Positions 55,088 to 64,000 of a stretch of 64,000 bases of DNA are shown here, piece after piece. The stretch is from Nitrospirota bacterium (GTDB lineage: Bacteria; Nitrospirota; UBA9217). The first letter of the stretch is position 1. Each line of letters begins with the position of its first letter. The notes beneath the pieces are model-generated. The model made no database searches and had not been told where the DNA came from. It worked only from the letters and a program-made list of their open reading frames with translations. The stretch lies in NCBI GenBank assembly GCA_963796285.1, contig CAWCKW010000012.1:1824001-1888000 (forward strand), written 5' to 3'. Position numbers and translations under genes: made by a program.

Positions 55088-55951
55088 CTATTCCAGACCC
55101 CTTCTGAGCTCACTCGCCGATCGGAACAGTTTTTCAAGCGTTGCTGCGTCCTGACGCTTGATCGCCTTCTTTATCCTGTTGAGCGCTACCTCGTACTGGT
55201 CGATCATATCGATGATATTTTTCCCGTTCAGCAGACAGACGTCCCTCCACATTTCCGGCGAACTTGCCGCGATCCTGGTGAAATCACGGAATCCGGCGCC
55301 TGAAAAATTGATGTAATTCTCCGGCCCCGCGTTGAATCCCGCGACCGTGCTGACCATGGCGAAGGCCGCCGCATGGGGGAGATGGCTCACTGCCGCGAAA
55401 ATATGGTCGTGCGCATCGGCATCCATCAATACTACGTTCGCGCCGGCGGCAATCCAGATCGCCTTCACCGCTTCAAGGGCCTGCGGGTCTGTCTTGACCG
55501 TCGGCGTCAGAATGCATTTCGCGCCCAGGAACAGCGCCCCGGACGACTCTCCGACACCGTGCTTTTCCTTGCCCGCGATCGGATGGCCTGGAACATAGTG
55601 GACGCCGGCTGGAAGCATTGCCTCGAGCGTTGTGACCAGCGCTCCCTTGACACTGCCCACATCAGTAAGGATGGCCCCCTTTTTCAGCCGCGGACCGATC
55701 TCGGTTACGGTACGCTCGAATGCGCCGACAGGAGCAGCAAGCACTACCAGGTCCGCGTCCTCGACATCCTTAGACAAGACCTGTCCTATGCGATCGATCA
55801 CGCCAAGCTTGAGCGCCAGCTCGAGCGTCTCCCTGCTTCTTCCGGCGCCCGTTATCTTGTGCGCCAGGTTCTTGTCCTTCAGGACCTTGGCCAGGGAACC
55901 GCCGATCAGACCGACGCCGATTATGGTTACGTTATTGAATAATGTTGCCAT
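55088..55951 (-). CDS. tyrA: Prephenate/arogenate dehydrogenase
   Basis: IIGVGLIGGS, TDVGSVK, GHPIAG.E, SHLPH, GFRDFTRIA.S. Confidence 0.92.
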   Translation of the reverse strand: MATLFNNVTIIGVGLIGGSLAKVLKDKNLAHKITGAGRSRETLELALKLGVIDRIGQVLSKDVEDADLVVLAAPVGAFERTVTEIGPRLKKGAILTDVGSVKGALVTTLEAMLPAGVHYVPGHPIAGKEKHGVGESSGALFLGAKCILTPTVKTDPQALEAVKAIWIAAGANVVLMDADAHDHIFAAVSHLPHAAAFAMVSTVAGFNAGPENYINFSGAGFRDFTRIAASSPEMWRDVCLLNGKNIIDMIDQYEVALNRIKKAIKRQDAATLEKLFRSASELRRGLE

Positions 55952-55954
55952 GAG

Positions 55955-56119
55955 TTATTTAAACTTCATCAAAAGAGGGATTATCAGCGCTGCCAGTATT
56001 GCGATAATAATCATTGCAACAGGCCATAAATTGATCCATGCTTCCCGCTCAAAATGCCCCTTTTCTTGGCCACTATTTTCTCCGCGCAGGCTGCTCAGTC
56101 CTGCCTCACACAAAGCCAC
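55955..56119 (-). CDS. Possible small single-pass membrane protein (about 47-54 aa)
   Basis: Open frame ...GQEKGHFEREAWINLWPVAMIIIAILAALIIPLLMKFK*, with the stop 3 nt before the tyrA ATG; start codon uncertain. Confidence 0.35.
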   Translation of the reverse strand: MALCEAGLSSLRGENSGQEKGHFEREAWINLWPVAMIIIAILAALIIPLLMKFK

Positions 56120-56148
56120 AAAGCTCACAAAGAAAGGCTACAAATTAT

Positions 56149-56321
56149 GTAACTATTCAGCTTGCTCACAATTATTGAAAGCAATAATCTGTTCAGCTCT
56201 GCAATAACAAACAGTTTCGTCATTCCCGAACGCTTTAATCGGGAATCCAGAGGTTTTAAAATCATTGGATCCCCGATAGGATCATTCGGGGATGACGGAC
56301 ATGGGGGACGTGAATAGTTAC
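56149..56321. mobile_element. MITE-like element, copy 2 (173 bp)
   Basis: Same TIRs as copy 1; perfect 8-bp direct repeat CAAATTAT at 56141-56148 and 56322-56329. Confidence 0.9.
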
Positions 56322-56325
56322 CAAA

Positions 56326-57400
56326 TTATTTTAAAATCTTCTCCAGCTCGCTCACGAAGCGTGCGTTCTCTTCAGGCAACCCGATCGTGACGCGGAGCCT
56401 GTTGCCGCCCATGGGCCGGATAATCACGCCCTGCTTCAGGAGCGCGGCATAGAGTTCCTTGCCGTCAAGCCGGGTCTCGAACAGAATAAAATTGGCCTCG
56501 GTGGGGATATACGATATGCCGAGCCGCTGAAAGGTTTGATACAGAAACTGTTTCCCCTCGTTGTTGATCGCGATCGACTTCTCGACATGCTTCCGGTCGG
56601 CAAGCGCCGCCAGCGGCGCCGACCTGGGCCAGCGAGTTCGTGTTGAACGGCTGCCGCACCTTGTTCATCAGCTCAGCGATCTCCGGGGTCGTGATGCCGT
56701 AGCCGATGCGAAGTCCGGCAAGCCCGTAGATCTTCGAGAACGTCCGCAGCGCCAGCACGTTCTTACCCTTCTTCAGGTAATCCAGAGAATCAGGATAGTC
56801 AGCGTGAGTAACATATTCAAAATACGCTTCATCCACAGCCACGACTATGTGGTCCGGCACCCGGTCCATGAACCGGTCCATCTCCGACTTTGCATTCATG
56901 GTGCCGGTAGGGTTGTTCGGGTTGGCAATGAACACCATCCTGGTCTTCGGAGTGAACCGCTCCGCCATGGCATCGAGGTCATGCCGCATGTCCCTGCACG
57001 GAACAATAACATTCGTTCCGCCCGCTGCCTGAGCGATCATCCTGTACACCACAAAGGATGGATCAGCCGAGATGATCTCGTCACCGGGCTGGACGAACGT
57101 GCGCACCGCGAGTTCAATGAGTTCATTCGATCCATTGCCCAGAATGATCTGGTTGAGATCCACCCCGTACTTTTTGGCCAGTGCCTGAGAGAGATAAAAT
57201 CCGCTGCCGTCGGGATACCGGTTCAGACCTTCAACGGCCTTTTTGATCGCCGCGATGGCTTTAGGCGAAGGCCCGAGAGGGTTCTCGTTCGAGGCAAGCT
57301 TGATGCTGCCGCTGATGCCAAGCTCCCGCTCCAACTCCTCGATCGGCTTGCCCGGAACGTAGGGGGTGATGTTTTTTATGTTTTCTGAAACGTTGATCAT
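56326..57400 (-). CDS. hisC: Histidinol-phosphate aminotransferase (frameshift near 56610)
   Basis: YVPGKPIEE, KLASNENPLG, GNGSNE, NPNNPTG, DEAY, RTFSKIYGLAGLRIGY; the C-terminus LRVTIGLPEEN..LEKILK* is in a shifted frame. Confidence 0.92.
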
Positions 57401-57420
57401 CGATCCAGCTCCGTTTTCCA

Positions 57421-57549
57421 ATTTCGGATTGCGGATTTCGGATTGAAAACCTTTAAACCCGTAAATCCCCATTCCGCAATCTGCAATCTAAAATCCGCAA
57501 TGCCTTATGTTTACCATTATTCCGCAATCCGCAATCCGAAATCCGCAAT
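57421..57549. repeat. Inverted heptamer array (TTGCGGA/TCCGCAA family), no cargo
   Basis: tttcgga ttgcgga tttcgga ttg ... tccgcaa tctgcaa tctaaaa tccgcaa ... tccgcaa tccgcaa tccgaaa tccgcaa, between pheA and hisC. Confidence 0.85.
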
Positions 57550-57553
57550 AGTT

Positions 57554-58627
57554 TTATCCGCTCTTCGGATACGACCCCAGCACCTTCAGGAACATGCAGT
57601 CCTGCCGCAGGCGTTCGATCGACGCGGCGACCTTCCCGTCTTCGATGTGGCCTTCCATGTCGAGGAAAAAAACGTAATCCCAGACCTTCCGCCCCGACGG
57701 CCGGGCATCCAGCCTGTTCAGGTTGATGCCGCTCTCGGCAAAAGGCGCTAGCATGGTATAGAGCGCGCCCACCTTGTCCTTGATGGAGAACATGATCGAG
57801 GTCTTGTCGCGGCCTGTTTTGCCCGGAGATTTAGGGGCGATGACGAGGAACCGCGTAATGTTATTTGTGCTGTCCTCGATCTTTCTCCCCGCTATCTGGA
57901 GCCCATACAGCACCGCCGCCATCTCGCTGGCGATCGCCGCACCCGTTGGATCATCCGAAGCCATTTCCGCGGCCCTGGCCGTGCTTGGCGCATCCAGGAC
58001 CGGCACGCCGGGCAGGTTCTTCTCGATCCACTGTCTGCACTGTGCCGCCGCAGGGGCGATCGTATAGATCTTTTTGATGTCCTCGAGTTTGCCCGACTTG
58101 TTCATGAGGTGCTGCGACACTTCGAGCATGATCTCGGCCGCTATCTTGAGGTCCGAGTCGATGAACATGTCGAGGGTATAGATCACGGCGCCTGACGAGG
58201 AATTTTCAATGGGCACAACGCCGTAGTCCGCCCGGCCGCGCTCCACCTCATTGAACACGTCCCTGATGCTCTCCACCGGCACGTACTGGGCCGCCAGGCC
58301 GAACTGCTGCATTCCGGCCATGTGGGTGAACGTGGCGCGGGGTCCGAGATACGCAACTTTGAGCGGACGCTCGAGCGAAAGAGACGAAGACAGAATTTCG
58401 CGATACACGGCACGCAGGGTGTCCTGGGGGAACGGACCCTTGTTGCGGGCAGTGAGGCGTTCAAGGATCTCCTGTTCCCGTGACGGGGAATGGAAGTCGA
58501 GCTTCTCGGTCTTTTTGATGTTCCCGATCTCGATGACGATCCGGGCGCGTTCATTCAGCAGATCGACCAGTTTTTCATCGATCTCGTCGATCTTCTTCCG
58601 GAGGTCCTGTATTTTCTGTTTAGACAT
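57554..58627 (-). CDS. pheA: Chorismate mutase / prephenate dehydratase
   Basis: LRKKIDEID..LL.ER chorismate mutase domain; YLGP..TFT, VVPIENS, NITRF, ACT domain. Confidence 0.93.
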   Translation of the reverse strand: MSKQKIQDLRKKIDEIDEKLVDLLNERARIVIEIGNIKKTEKLDFHSPSREQEILERLTARNKGPFPQDTLRAVYREILSSSLSLERPLKVAYLGPRATFTHMAGMQQFGLAAQYVPVESIRDVFNEVERGRADYGVVPIENSSSGAVIYTLDMFIDSDLKIAAEIMLEVSQHLMNKSGKLEDIKKIYTIAPAAAQCRQWIEKNLPGVPVLDAPSTARAAEMASDDPTGAAIASEMAAVLYGLQIAGRKIEDSTNNITRFLVIAPKSPGKTGRDKTSIMFSIKDKVGALYTMLAPFAESGINLNRLDARPSGRKVWDYVFFLDMEGHIEDGKVAASIERLRQDCMFLKVLGSYPKSG

Positions 58628-58672
58628 AAGCGTTTAATCAAATCCGTCTGAAAGGGATATGCAGATTTGCGA

Positions 58673-58701
58673 ATTATAGTTTATTTTTTAAGCAGTTGCA
58701 A
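58673..58701 (-). promoter_or_regulatory. Putative sigma70 promoter of the pheA operon
   Basis: TTGCAA-17 bp-TATAAT, 45 nt upstream of the pheA ATG. Confidence 0.55.
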
Positions 58702-58788
58702 GGACTTTTTGGATCAGGGGACCCCCGAAGGTTTCATTATTTACTTTTATTCCTTTTTGATGAATAATGATACCTTAGGTTTTCAGCC

Positions 58789-59835
58789 ATGGACATCGAT
58801 CTCATAAACGACATCAAGTTCAATTGCGACGTTTCGGATGCGCAGTACTGGGGATATTTTTCAGTCTGCGGCCTGCTGATGCGTTATCGGGACCTCTTCC
58901 GGTCCGAAAAAGGCCTCAAGCCCTGGGCTGAGATCAATCGCGAGGAGATCCTGTCATGGATCGCAGGCAAGGAATCCCGCTGGCCGGACCTGGAGGAGAT
59001 GGGTTTCAGGGACCTGGCCATAGGGGGTATAAAATACAGCCCCTTCGATCTTGTTGGGATAAATCATGCGTTGAAAGAACGGCAGCTCATCTACGGCGCG
59101 GGCTACGGCATGTACATGAAACCCACCTTCTTTCTTGCGGAACTCCGTACCCTCCATGAGGTCTCCGGACTGACCGTGTATACCTCAGGGACCGAATTCG
59201 CCAGAGACCTTTTTACCGCGGCTGGCATGCTCCAGGGTAAAAGCATCTTCCTGCGGCTTGAGCCGCTCACTATGCTGCTCCTGTACAAGTTTTCGGAGTT
59301 GAATACGAGGCACGTCTCCGCGCTTGAAGATGCCTTTGCGCAATACGGTTTCCAACAGCGGCAGATCATCGACGAGACATTCGAAAAACGCATCGAGAAG
59401 ATGGCGGAGCGTTATGCGGGGGTAGTGCTTCGTCATGAGATCGCGGAATCACGCGAAGACATATCTGAATGGAAGGACCTGCTTTCCGAGGCCGGAGACC
59501 GGAAAGCGGAGCATTATTTGCGCGCGATAAAAGACCTGATTGCCGACACCTCGGACCACGGCCCTTACAAGAGGATCATCGATATGCGGGACCGCGGCGC
59601 CCTCAGCCTCACGATTGCGCTCATGGAGGGATACCGGAGGGTCCTTTTCCCGGAGATACAAGGAGCGTACAACGAATTTTGCCGGCAGGGGGACTGGTCG
59701 GCAATGGAACGATCGCGGCAGGCCGGATACGAACGCTTCCGATCGCACAGAGACGCCATCGTGGACCTGTATCGTGGCAGCAGCGGGAAGGATGATTTTA
59801 CCAAAAAGATCAGGGAACGTCTTCAGACAACCTGA
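58789..59835 (+). CDS. Conserved hypothetical protein (resembles the Sfum_1244 family)
   Basis: NCDVSDA..WG.FSVCGLLMRYRDL, YGAGYG..KP.FFLA, HE, RAIKDL.AD. Family name recalled from memory. Confidence 0.6.
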   Translation: MDIDLINDIKFNCDVSDAQYWGYFSVCGLLMRYRDLFRSEKGLKPWAEINREEILSWIAGKESRWPDLEEMGFRDLAIGGIKYSPFDLVGINHALKERQLIYGAGYGMYMKPTFFLAELRTLHEVSGLTVYTSGTEFARDLFTAAGMLQGKSIFLRLEPLTMLLLYKFSELNTRHVSALEDAFAQYGFQQRQIIDETFEKRIEKMAERYAGVVLRHEIAESREDISEWKDLLSEAGDRKAEHYLRAIKDLIADTSDHGPYKRIIDMRDRGALSLTIALMEGYRRVLFPEIQGAYNEFCRQGDWSAMERSRQAGYERFRSHRDAIVDLYRGSSGKDDFTKKIRERLQTT

Positions 59836-60165
59836 CCCGGACAAGCCGGAACCGAGAAAACCAAGTCAAGGTCATTGACAAGAAAACAAGCAAATGAAAC
59901 CTATGAACGATTATGACCCCTCATAATCCGATCAGTGTACATCCGTGCCAAAGAAGTTGACTCATTCCTACCCATTCTTGGTAGAAATTTATTCGTAATT
60001 AAGCAATAACTCCCGTGGAACAGGAACAAAAGCGTATCATGTCTTTTTCGATCGATCAACGAGAGCGTTGCACTCTCAATGTTCACCAATAGATTTCTTC
60101 ATCGCTTCCCTTTTCGTATTGACACCTTCGTTCTCAGGGTGCCGATGTCTCATTGCGCCTGCTGC

Positions 60166-63024
60166 TCAGACCTTGAGCTGTTCAGCCTTCACCCATCCGT
60201 CGATCTCACCCGGTGCCATGGGCACTGAGAACAGGAACCCCTGTCCATACTGGCAATGCATTTTCTGCATATTCAATAACTGGTGGTTCATTTCCACACC
60301 TTCGGCGATCACTTCAAAGTTCATACTGGTGGCCAGCGAGAGGATCGACAGAATGATCTCTTTGTTTTTTCCATCAGCTGAAAGCTTTTTGATGAACGTC
60401 CGGTCGATCTTGATCGCGTCGATCGGGAAGCGGTGCAGATAACTCAGCGAGGAATAGCCGGTGCCGAAATCATCGATGTGGATCTGGACGCCCAGGCCCT
60501 CAGCTGGTTCATCGTCTCCACCGCCATCTCGACGTTCTCCATGATCATGCTCTCCGTTATCTCGAGCGCAAGGGTGTGCGCATCGACCCCCGTATCCATG
60601 ATGATGGCGGACACCTTGCTGGCGAGGTCGCGCTGCGCGAACTGTTTGCCCGAAATATTGACGCTCATCTTGAGCGGGGGCTGCATAGGATACCGTTCCT
60701 GGAGCACGCGCAGCTCGCGGCAGGACTCCCGGAGGATCCACTCGCCGATGGTGTTGATCAGTCCGGTCTCCTCAGCCATGGGAATGAATTCCAGGGGATA
60801 GATGAGGCCCCGTTTGGGGTGGTTCCACCGGACAAGGGCCTCGAAACTGACCAGCTGGTGGGTCGTCAGGTCGATAATCGGTTGATAGAAGACGATAAAC
60901 TCCTTGTGGTCCAGGGCCCCGCGCATGTCCGCCTCGAGCTGCAGCCGGTCGAGGATGTTCGCATGCATCTTGGGATCGAAGATCTCATGGCACGCGCTGC
61001 CCCTCGCCTTGGCCTGGTACATGGCGATATCCGCATCGCGCAGCACCTGTTCTGGACGTTCGTAGCGCTCGGAGCCTGTGGCGATCCCGATACTCACGGA
61101 TGCGAACACCTCCTGTCCTTTGACCAGGAGCGGCACCGACAGCTTGTTATGGATACGTTCAGCGACATCGACGGCGTCCTTCAATTCACTGATATTATTC
61201 AGGAGCACGGCGAACTCGTCTCCGCCAAGGCGCGCGACCGTGTCCCCCGGCCGGAGGCACTCCGACAACTGCTGTCCCATTGCGATAAGGAGCTGGTCAC
61301 CCACCGTATGGCCGAGGCTGTCATTGACGATCTTAAACCGGTCCATGTCGAGAAAAAGGACCGCGTAGAGTTCGTTGGCGCGTCGCGTCGATACGGTGAT
61401 ACTGTGCTGAAGGCGGTCCATGAAGAGGGCCCGGTTCGGCAGGCCGGTCAGTGCATCGTGAAAAGCATTATACACCAGCTGCTCTTCCGCCGATTTTCTC
61501 GACATGATATCCGTCTGCGAGCCGGCCATTCGATACGCATGGCCATCCCGGTCCCGTACCGCGAGCCCTCGATTGAGCACCCAGCGGTACGCCCCGTCCT
61601 TGTGCATGATGCGGTATTCGCATTCAAAATGCTGGTCCCGTCCGTCGAGGTGGGCGGCGATCTTGACTTCGACTTCATCACGGTCGTCAGGATGGACCAG
61701 GCCGAACCATTCTTCCGGCGTGTCGCGGATATCCTTCTCCTCGTACCCGAGCATCGATTTCCACCGGTATGATAAATATATTTTATTGCTCCGCAGGTCC
61801 CAGTCCCACAGCCCGTCGTTCGCGCCTCGGGCAGCCAGGGCATACCGCTCTTCGCTTTCGCGGAGCGCCGCCTCAGCCCGTTTCCGTTCCGTGATGTCAT
61901 GCGTATACTCAATGACGTGGGATACCTTCCCTTCGCTGTCCATGATCGGATAGGTATAGATCGCACTCCAGGTCTTTACACCATCCAATAAGTACGCCAT
62001 TTTTTCCTTGGCGCAGGGATTGCCGGATAGGAACGTCTTCTGCACAACGCATTCATCGCAGACACTGCTCCTCTTCAGCAGTGCTTCATAGCAGGTTTTT
62101 CCGATCAGATCATCGAGCTTCTTGTTCCGCATCTGCGCGTAGGCCTCGTTCGCCCGGATGATCCGGTAGTCGCGGTCGATGATGCAGAAAGGGTCCTGGA
62201 TACTGTTGAAGATGGTATTGAGAAAGGCCTCGGACTTCTTCAAGGCCTCCTCGGTCTGTTCGTGCTCCACGATCTCCTGCTCAACCTTTGCATATCCGTT
62301 CTTCAGCGACAGGCTCATGGCATTGAAATGCGAGTCAAGCTCTCCGAATTCTGCCGTGTCCTTGTCCGCGATCGTGAACCCAAGGCCGCCGCCGGAAATC
62401 ATCCGCGTTGCATTGACCAGCGTATTGATGGGTTTGATTATAGACCTGGTCAGGTTCACGGCGACAAGAACAGCAAGGACAAAGGTCAGAAGCGTCACAA
62501 GGATCACGACCTTCCGATTGATCTTCTGCGTTGCATCCCGAGTCAAGAGCTCGAGCTTATTGCTCGCCTGCGCAGACATGTCCTCGGCCTTTGCCAGGAT
62601 ATCATTACCGATGTTTGCGGTATTGATCTTCAGCTGATTGGTCTGCGGGGAATTCGATGACGAGTACAACGTGAATCAGGGCCTTCCGGTACTCGCCGAT
62701 AAGAGAGCGGACGCGATCGATTCTTCTGGTGATCTCGGGAGGATGATGGCAGGTGGAGCATTTTTGTACGGCCTGCTCGAGGAGTGTGACATCTTCTGTG
62801 ATAAGATCGCTCTTGTTGCCAAGCTTCATATGGATAGTGTAAAGATCGGACTGGACCTTCTGGATGGGTATGATCAGATGCTTTCCGAGGTCCTCGCTTT
62901 GGTGAAAGTTGTTATGGCGGCTGAGCGTTTCATTCGTGTTCCTGATGTACAAGGTAGCGAACGCGCCCCCAAGTGTGGAGAACAGGAACACCATGAGCAG
63001 CGAGAGAATGATCTTCCTCTTCAT
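60166..63024 (-). CDS. Membrane CxxCH-HAMP-PAS-PAS-GGDEF-EAL protein (frameshifts near 62660 and 60495)
   Basis: TM helix, KCSTCHH, second TM, HAMP, two PAS, RPGD I-site with GGDEF, FEALVRW, DDFGTGYSS, AEGVE. Confidence 0.85.
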
Positions 63025-63085
63025 ACCGTAATACCCTCCTTAACGTACCCCTAAGCAGCCGAATTCTTTCCCCTATATATACTGT

Positions 63086-63114
63086 TTTATAATGTATTTT
63101 ACGAAAAAAGTCAA
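63086..63114 (-). promoter_or_regulatory. Putative sigma70 promoter
   Basis: TTGACT-17 bp-TATAAA upstream of the GGDEF-EAL gene. Confidence 0.5.
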
Positions 63115-63407
63115 GTTTTTTTATTATTTACCATATTTAATTGTTATCTCAGGTGGGCCTGTGGATGACCGGGAAGCGAGGGTTGAGTTGAACACAAACG
63201 AATTACTATTTGCTATCTGGCTGCAAGTACCCATCACCCTATCCTCTCCCTGTGGGGATATGATTAAACCGGCCCTGAGTACAGCCGAAGGGTAAGGGCC
63301 CTTCCAAAATATGTTCAAATGCGTTGCAATAAGCATTCCAACATCGCCCGCCTTTTAACTGCAGGCTTATAAAAAACCGGCTATCAATATCTGCCGCCGG
63401 GCGTTCG

Positions 63408-63986
63408 CTACTTCTTCGCGTTCTTGCCCCAGGTCTTTTCCAGGTACTGTTCTCGTCCCGAATTGAACCGGTAGAACTTGTATCGTTCGCTGTTCTTCTG
63501 ATAATACTTCTGGTGATACTCCTCAGCCGGATAGAACGTTGAAGCGGGCACGATCTCGGTCACGATCGGTTTGTCACCGAACTTGCCCGACCTCTCCATC
63601 GTCTCCTTTGAGGCCACAGCCTGTATCCGCTGCTCTTCGCTGTGAAAATAAATGGCCGTCCGGTATTGGTCTCCCACGTCCACGAACTGCCGGTCGCGCG
63701 TGGTCGGGTCCACGTTCCGCCAGAACAGGTCGAGCAACTCGGAATACGTTACCTGTGACGGGTCAAAGACGATCTCGATGGATTCGGCATGTCCCGTGGT
63801 CCCTGACGAGACTTCCTCGTAGGTCGGGTCCTTCTTGTGTCCGCCCGTATACCCTACAACGGTTGAAACCACACCCTTAAGCCTGTCGAAAGGAGGCTGT
63901 ATGCACCAGAAACAGCCGCTGGCAAAGGTCGCCTTATCGAGTTTTTGAGAGGCCTTCACTGCATTCTTGTTTTCAGCATTCGCCAT
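63408..63986 (-). CDS. msrA: Peptide-methionine (S)-S-oxide reductase (true start may lie beyond the window)
   Basis: ATFASGCFWC, GYTGG, TGHAE, QYRTAI, AEEYHQKYY. Confidence 0.93.
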   Translation of the reverse strand: MANAENKNAVKASQKLDKATFASGCFWCIQPPFDRLKGVVSTVVGYTGGHKKDPTYEEVSSGTTGHAESIEIVFDPSQVTYSELLDLFWRNVDPTTRDRQFVDVGDQYRTAIYFHSEEQRIQAVASKETMERSGKFGDKPIVTEIVPASTFYPAEEYHQKYYQKNSERYKFYRFNSGREQYLEKTWGKNAKK

Positions 63987-64000
63987 AGTTACACCGACCT

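Noticed and set aside
53782-57400. aroA and hisC as pseudogenes or programmed frameshifts
   Set aside because: Single indels are scattered through many otherwise intact genes with no consistent slippery motif; sequencing error is the simpler explanation.
63170-63310. Possible riboswitch upstream of the GGDEF-EAL gene
   Set aside because: No c-di-GMP riboswitch consensus was recognised; the stems look like degenerate REP-type fragments and lie upstream of the predicted promoter.

Overview
A 64-kb stretch of bacterial chromosome, GC-rich in coding regions. Gene content and order suggest an anaerobe or microaerophile of Nitrospirota/Desulfobacterota type (inference). Many single-base frameshifts occur even in housekeeping genes (aroA, hisC), so most split ORFs are probably long-read indel errors. 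Blocks: (1) a cNMP-binding protein with a stand-alone nuoE-nuoF-nuoG/FDH-alpha-like module; (2) a PAS hybrid kinase, a DUF4337-like protein, an unlisted 53-aa proline-rich lipoprotein and an FAD oxidoreductase; (3) an 18-kb signalling cascade on the minus strand (giant CheB-CheR-PAS-GAF kinase, response regulators, two more kinases, an NtrC-like activator) ending at a sigma54 promoter that precedes two receivers and an RpoS-like sigma factor; (4) alternative complex III-like actA-B1-B2-C-D-E followed by cydAB; (5) an M56 peptidase, an Hmc/Cbc-like multiheme redox module and a CxxCH-containing sensor kinase/NarL pair; (6) the housekeeping run pheA-hisC-tyrA-aroA-cmk-ispH-rpsA-sppA-ihfB; (7) a conserved hypothetical, a CxxCH-containing GGDEF-EAL protein and msrA. 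The most unusual signal is non-coding: at least seven intergenic heptamer-repeat arrays, two of which enclose degenerate four-helix-bundle (23S-rRNA-IVP/Avd-like) genes, each with its own heptamer family. There is also a two-copy 173-174-bp MITE with 11-bp TIRs and 8-bp target duplications sitting inside other palindromic repeats, and a palindromic repeat inserted in frame in the CheR-kinase gene. No rRNA, tRNA, CRISPR array or transposase was seen.
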